From positions 1-51,596 of the forward strand of contig JAQGDQ010001257.1 in NCBI GenBank assembly GCA_030141605.1: 51,596 bases of DNA, written 5' to 3'. The notes under the pieces were generated by a model. It was not told the origin of the DNA, did no database searches, and saw only the letters and a list, made by a program, of their open reading frames with translations. The first letter of the stretch is position 1. Every line of letters starts with the position of its first letter. Source of the stretch: Tubiluchus corallicola (lineage: Eukaryota > Animalia > Priapulida). The translations under genes were made by a program, and so were the position numbers. Of the stretch, positions 49,403-51,596 are shown piece by piece.

Positions 49403-50893
49403 ATGGACCCAGAACGCATTTTCAGGTGCCAGGTGGTAGTGAGAAAATTACGCATTGTCACCTGCGATATATGCGGGCGGGTCTGTCGTAGTATGAGAGC
49501 TATGCAGAGACACGTCACGATCGATCATTATGGCCACGAAAGAAACTTTCTCTGCCACGTGTGTGGTCATACGGTCATGACGCAATACGGTCTACGCTAT
49601 AAAACTACTGAAAACTTTTGGGGGACGAAACAAAACGCCCGAAGTAGCTGGACAGAAACTCCAACTGAGTTGACTTATACAGAGTGCAAAAATCTAAAAT
49701 GGCCTAACAAGGATTTCAGTTTTCAATATCATTGGTGTGGCTCGGCAGACTATACTACATATTGATGTTATTTTAAAACTGGGTTCGTTGACATGACTCA
49801 TGGGGGACTTCCCTTTATCGACCTAGGAAATATCGGTCATTGCTTATACACCACCGGACGATGTGCAACACCCGAAAATCTCTGGGTGCAATGGACAGTT
49901 AATCCATCAACCCTTAAAGAATTTCTTCCAGTTGGTACTATGAATGCTTCCATTTCAAAAGGGATGATTATGATTCCTTCGCTCCAAGAAGCTTATGCCT
50001 TTGACCCTTCCGTAAACTTATCACTTAATTTAAGAATTAATACAACTTCTGAATTTGCCTTTGACATATTAAAAATATATTCTAAGCCTAATAATCAAAA
50101 AATATTTCCCACTGTTGATGCCTTGGCAAAACGAATTGAATCAGTTCGAAATGAAATTCTTGGTAAAATTCAATACTTGACCGAAAAAATCTCAGGACCA
50201 ATAACTGAAGTAAATGAAATGTGTCGACTGTCAAAACTTTCTTCAAATCTAATTCTGTCATTAGCAACATTGAGTCCTTCTTTATACATTAGAAACATCC
50301 TTCAAAATCCCTTTCTTATTGCCCAAATATCTGGAAGTTTTGTAATCGTCCATCCCTGTCAAAAGGTTTACGATTATACACTTAATATAGAACAGAAGAC
50401 CTGTTATCGGGAAATCCCGATTACTTACAGGCTCACTGTGGGAGGAACAGACTATACAGGTTACCTTGATCCCAGAACTGACACAATCAGCAAGTTCTTA
50501 GACTTTCTAATTCAGAAATGTAAGTCATCACTAATATTTCATTTCACACAATTTTGCTTCTTGCAAATATTTGTTTCGGCGTCAATTCCTGTAATGTCCC
50601 AATTGCCCCCAGCAGATCATTCTATCGATATATATAAAGGGCAAGGACTACTATACACAGGACAAATAGCGGACTACAGGCCCATCTACATGGCCACGGG
50701 CGCTCTTCTGGAATGGATGAGCTCAATGGATTTGGAAAAAAGTATAATGGCCTCTTTGTTTGGCGGCTTGGATGCATGCACAATAGATGTAAGATTTTTG
50801 GGGCCATTTCATTGGCAATTATTGAATAGGTTCACGGTTCACGTGAACTGCGACTGTTTAGGAGCTAATGCACGAATTTTATTGCAGAAATGA
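49403..50893 (+). pseudogene. In-frame fusion of C2H2 zinc finger, gB-like fragment and C-terminal segment (copy B), one internal stop
   Basis: MDPERIF...CDIC-x12-H-x4-H...CHVC...GLR|YKTTENFWG; TCA>TGA at 49763-49765; same frame continues to 50893. Confidence 0.8.
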
Positions 50894-51596
50894 GAAAAAC
50901 TTTTTCAAACAACATTGGAAGTATTCAATTCGAACATAGATCACAAAATTCGATTTGCTATTAGAAAAATTTAGGAGGATTTTTTACCACAACACGGGTT
51001 GACAAACGAAATAGAGTGTCCATTGACATCGTTAGCCGTGCTAGCAGTGGCCGTGGCAGAACCAGCACCTTTCGAATCGCCGTTCTCGATTCATCTGGGC
51101 AGAGGGAATTATGTTTTTTTCTTTTTCTTGAGAAATGAAATTTTTAAACATTGCGATTGATTATTTAACGGCAACAAATGTGCATTTTAGACTTCTGTGC
51201 ATTCGTTGTCTAAATGTAGATCTTTAAATAAAATTCCGCAATGCAATTTAAGAGTGTTGATTTGTATATATATATATATATATATATGACTCTAAAAAAT
51301 ACTCACGAGCCATTATTTTCTTACAGAGTTTGAGTAAATAGAAACAAATGCGAATATACTGTAGAAGCAAATCCCTCTACAGTTCTGCAATGAATAATTA
51401 AGTCTAGTTTTCCAATGTGTCGCCTTTGTCTATAGATTTAGTAGGACGATCATTTGGGTCACTAAGCACTGAAATTGGCTATTTAAACAATGCTGCTCCA
51501 TTATTTAGTTACTATTTGAGCCACGTACACGTCTTTCTTTAGATATTTGGCAATAGTTTCACGAAAGTTACATTCATTACAATGGAGAACGGTGGG

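Larger units (their letters stand above)
44295..51596 (+). repeat. Head-to-tail tandem cassette: unit 1 44295-47680 (3386 bp), unit 2 47681-50701 (3021 bp), unit 3 from 50702 running off the window
   Basis: Anchor GCTCTTCTGGAA at 44295, 47681, 50702; near-identical sequence throughout. Confidence 0.95.

Overview
AT-rich animal (probably invertebrate) genomic DNA, with no prokaryotic features. 1-22.3 kb (+) holds the 3' part of a probably secreted protein gene. It has 16 one-EGF-per-exon, phase-1 exons in two duplicated blocks, two dead EGF exons, and two terminal Ig-like exons; the introns are full of mini- and microsatellites, a tRNA-derived SINE and inverted repeats. The last unit of a 57-bp satellite supplies the splice acceptor of the first Ig exon. 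24.9-38.3 kb (-) holds an intronless S1A serine protease, a disrupted LRR-mucin stalk-hydrophobic tail gene and a disrupted C2H2 zinc-finger gene. At 39.2 kb is a solo LTR with heat-shock elements. 39.6-51.6 kb is a compact island with short introns, a nested hairpin and a 3.0-3.4 kb cassette repeated head to tail. The cassette joins a C2H2 zinc-finger ORF, an internal fragment of a herpes-gB/chuvirus-G-like class III fusogen, and a domain I read as resembling the Maverick/Polinton pPolB N-terminus. This cassette is the most interesting element. All homology calls come from motif recognition by eye, not database searches.
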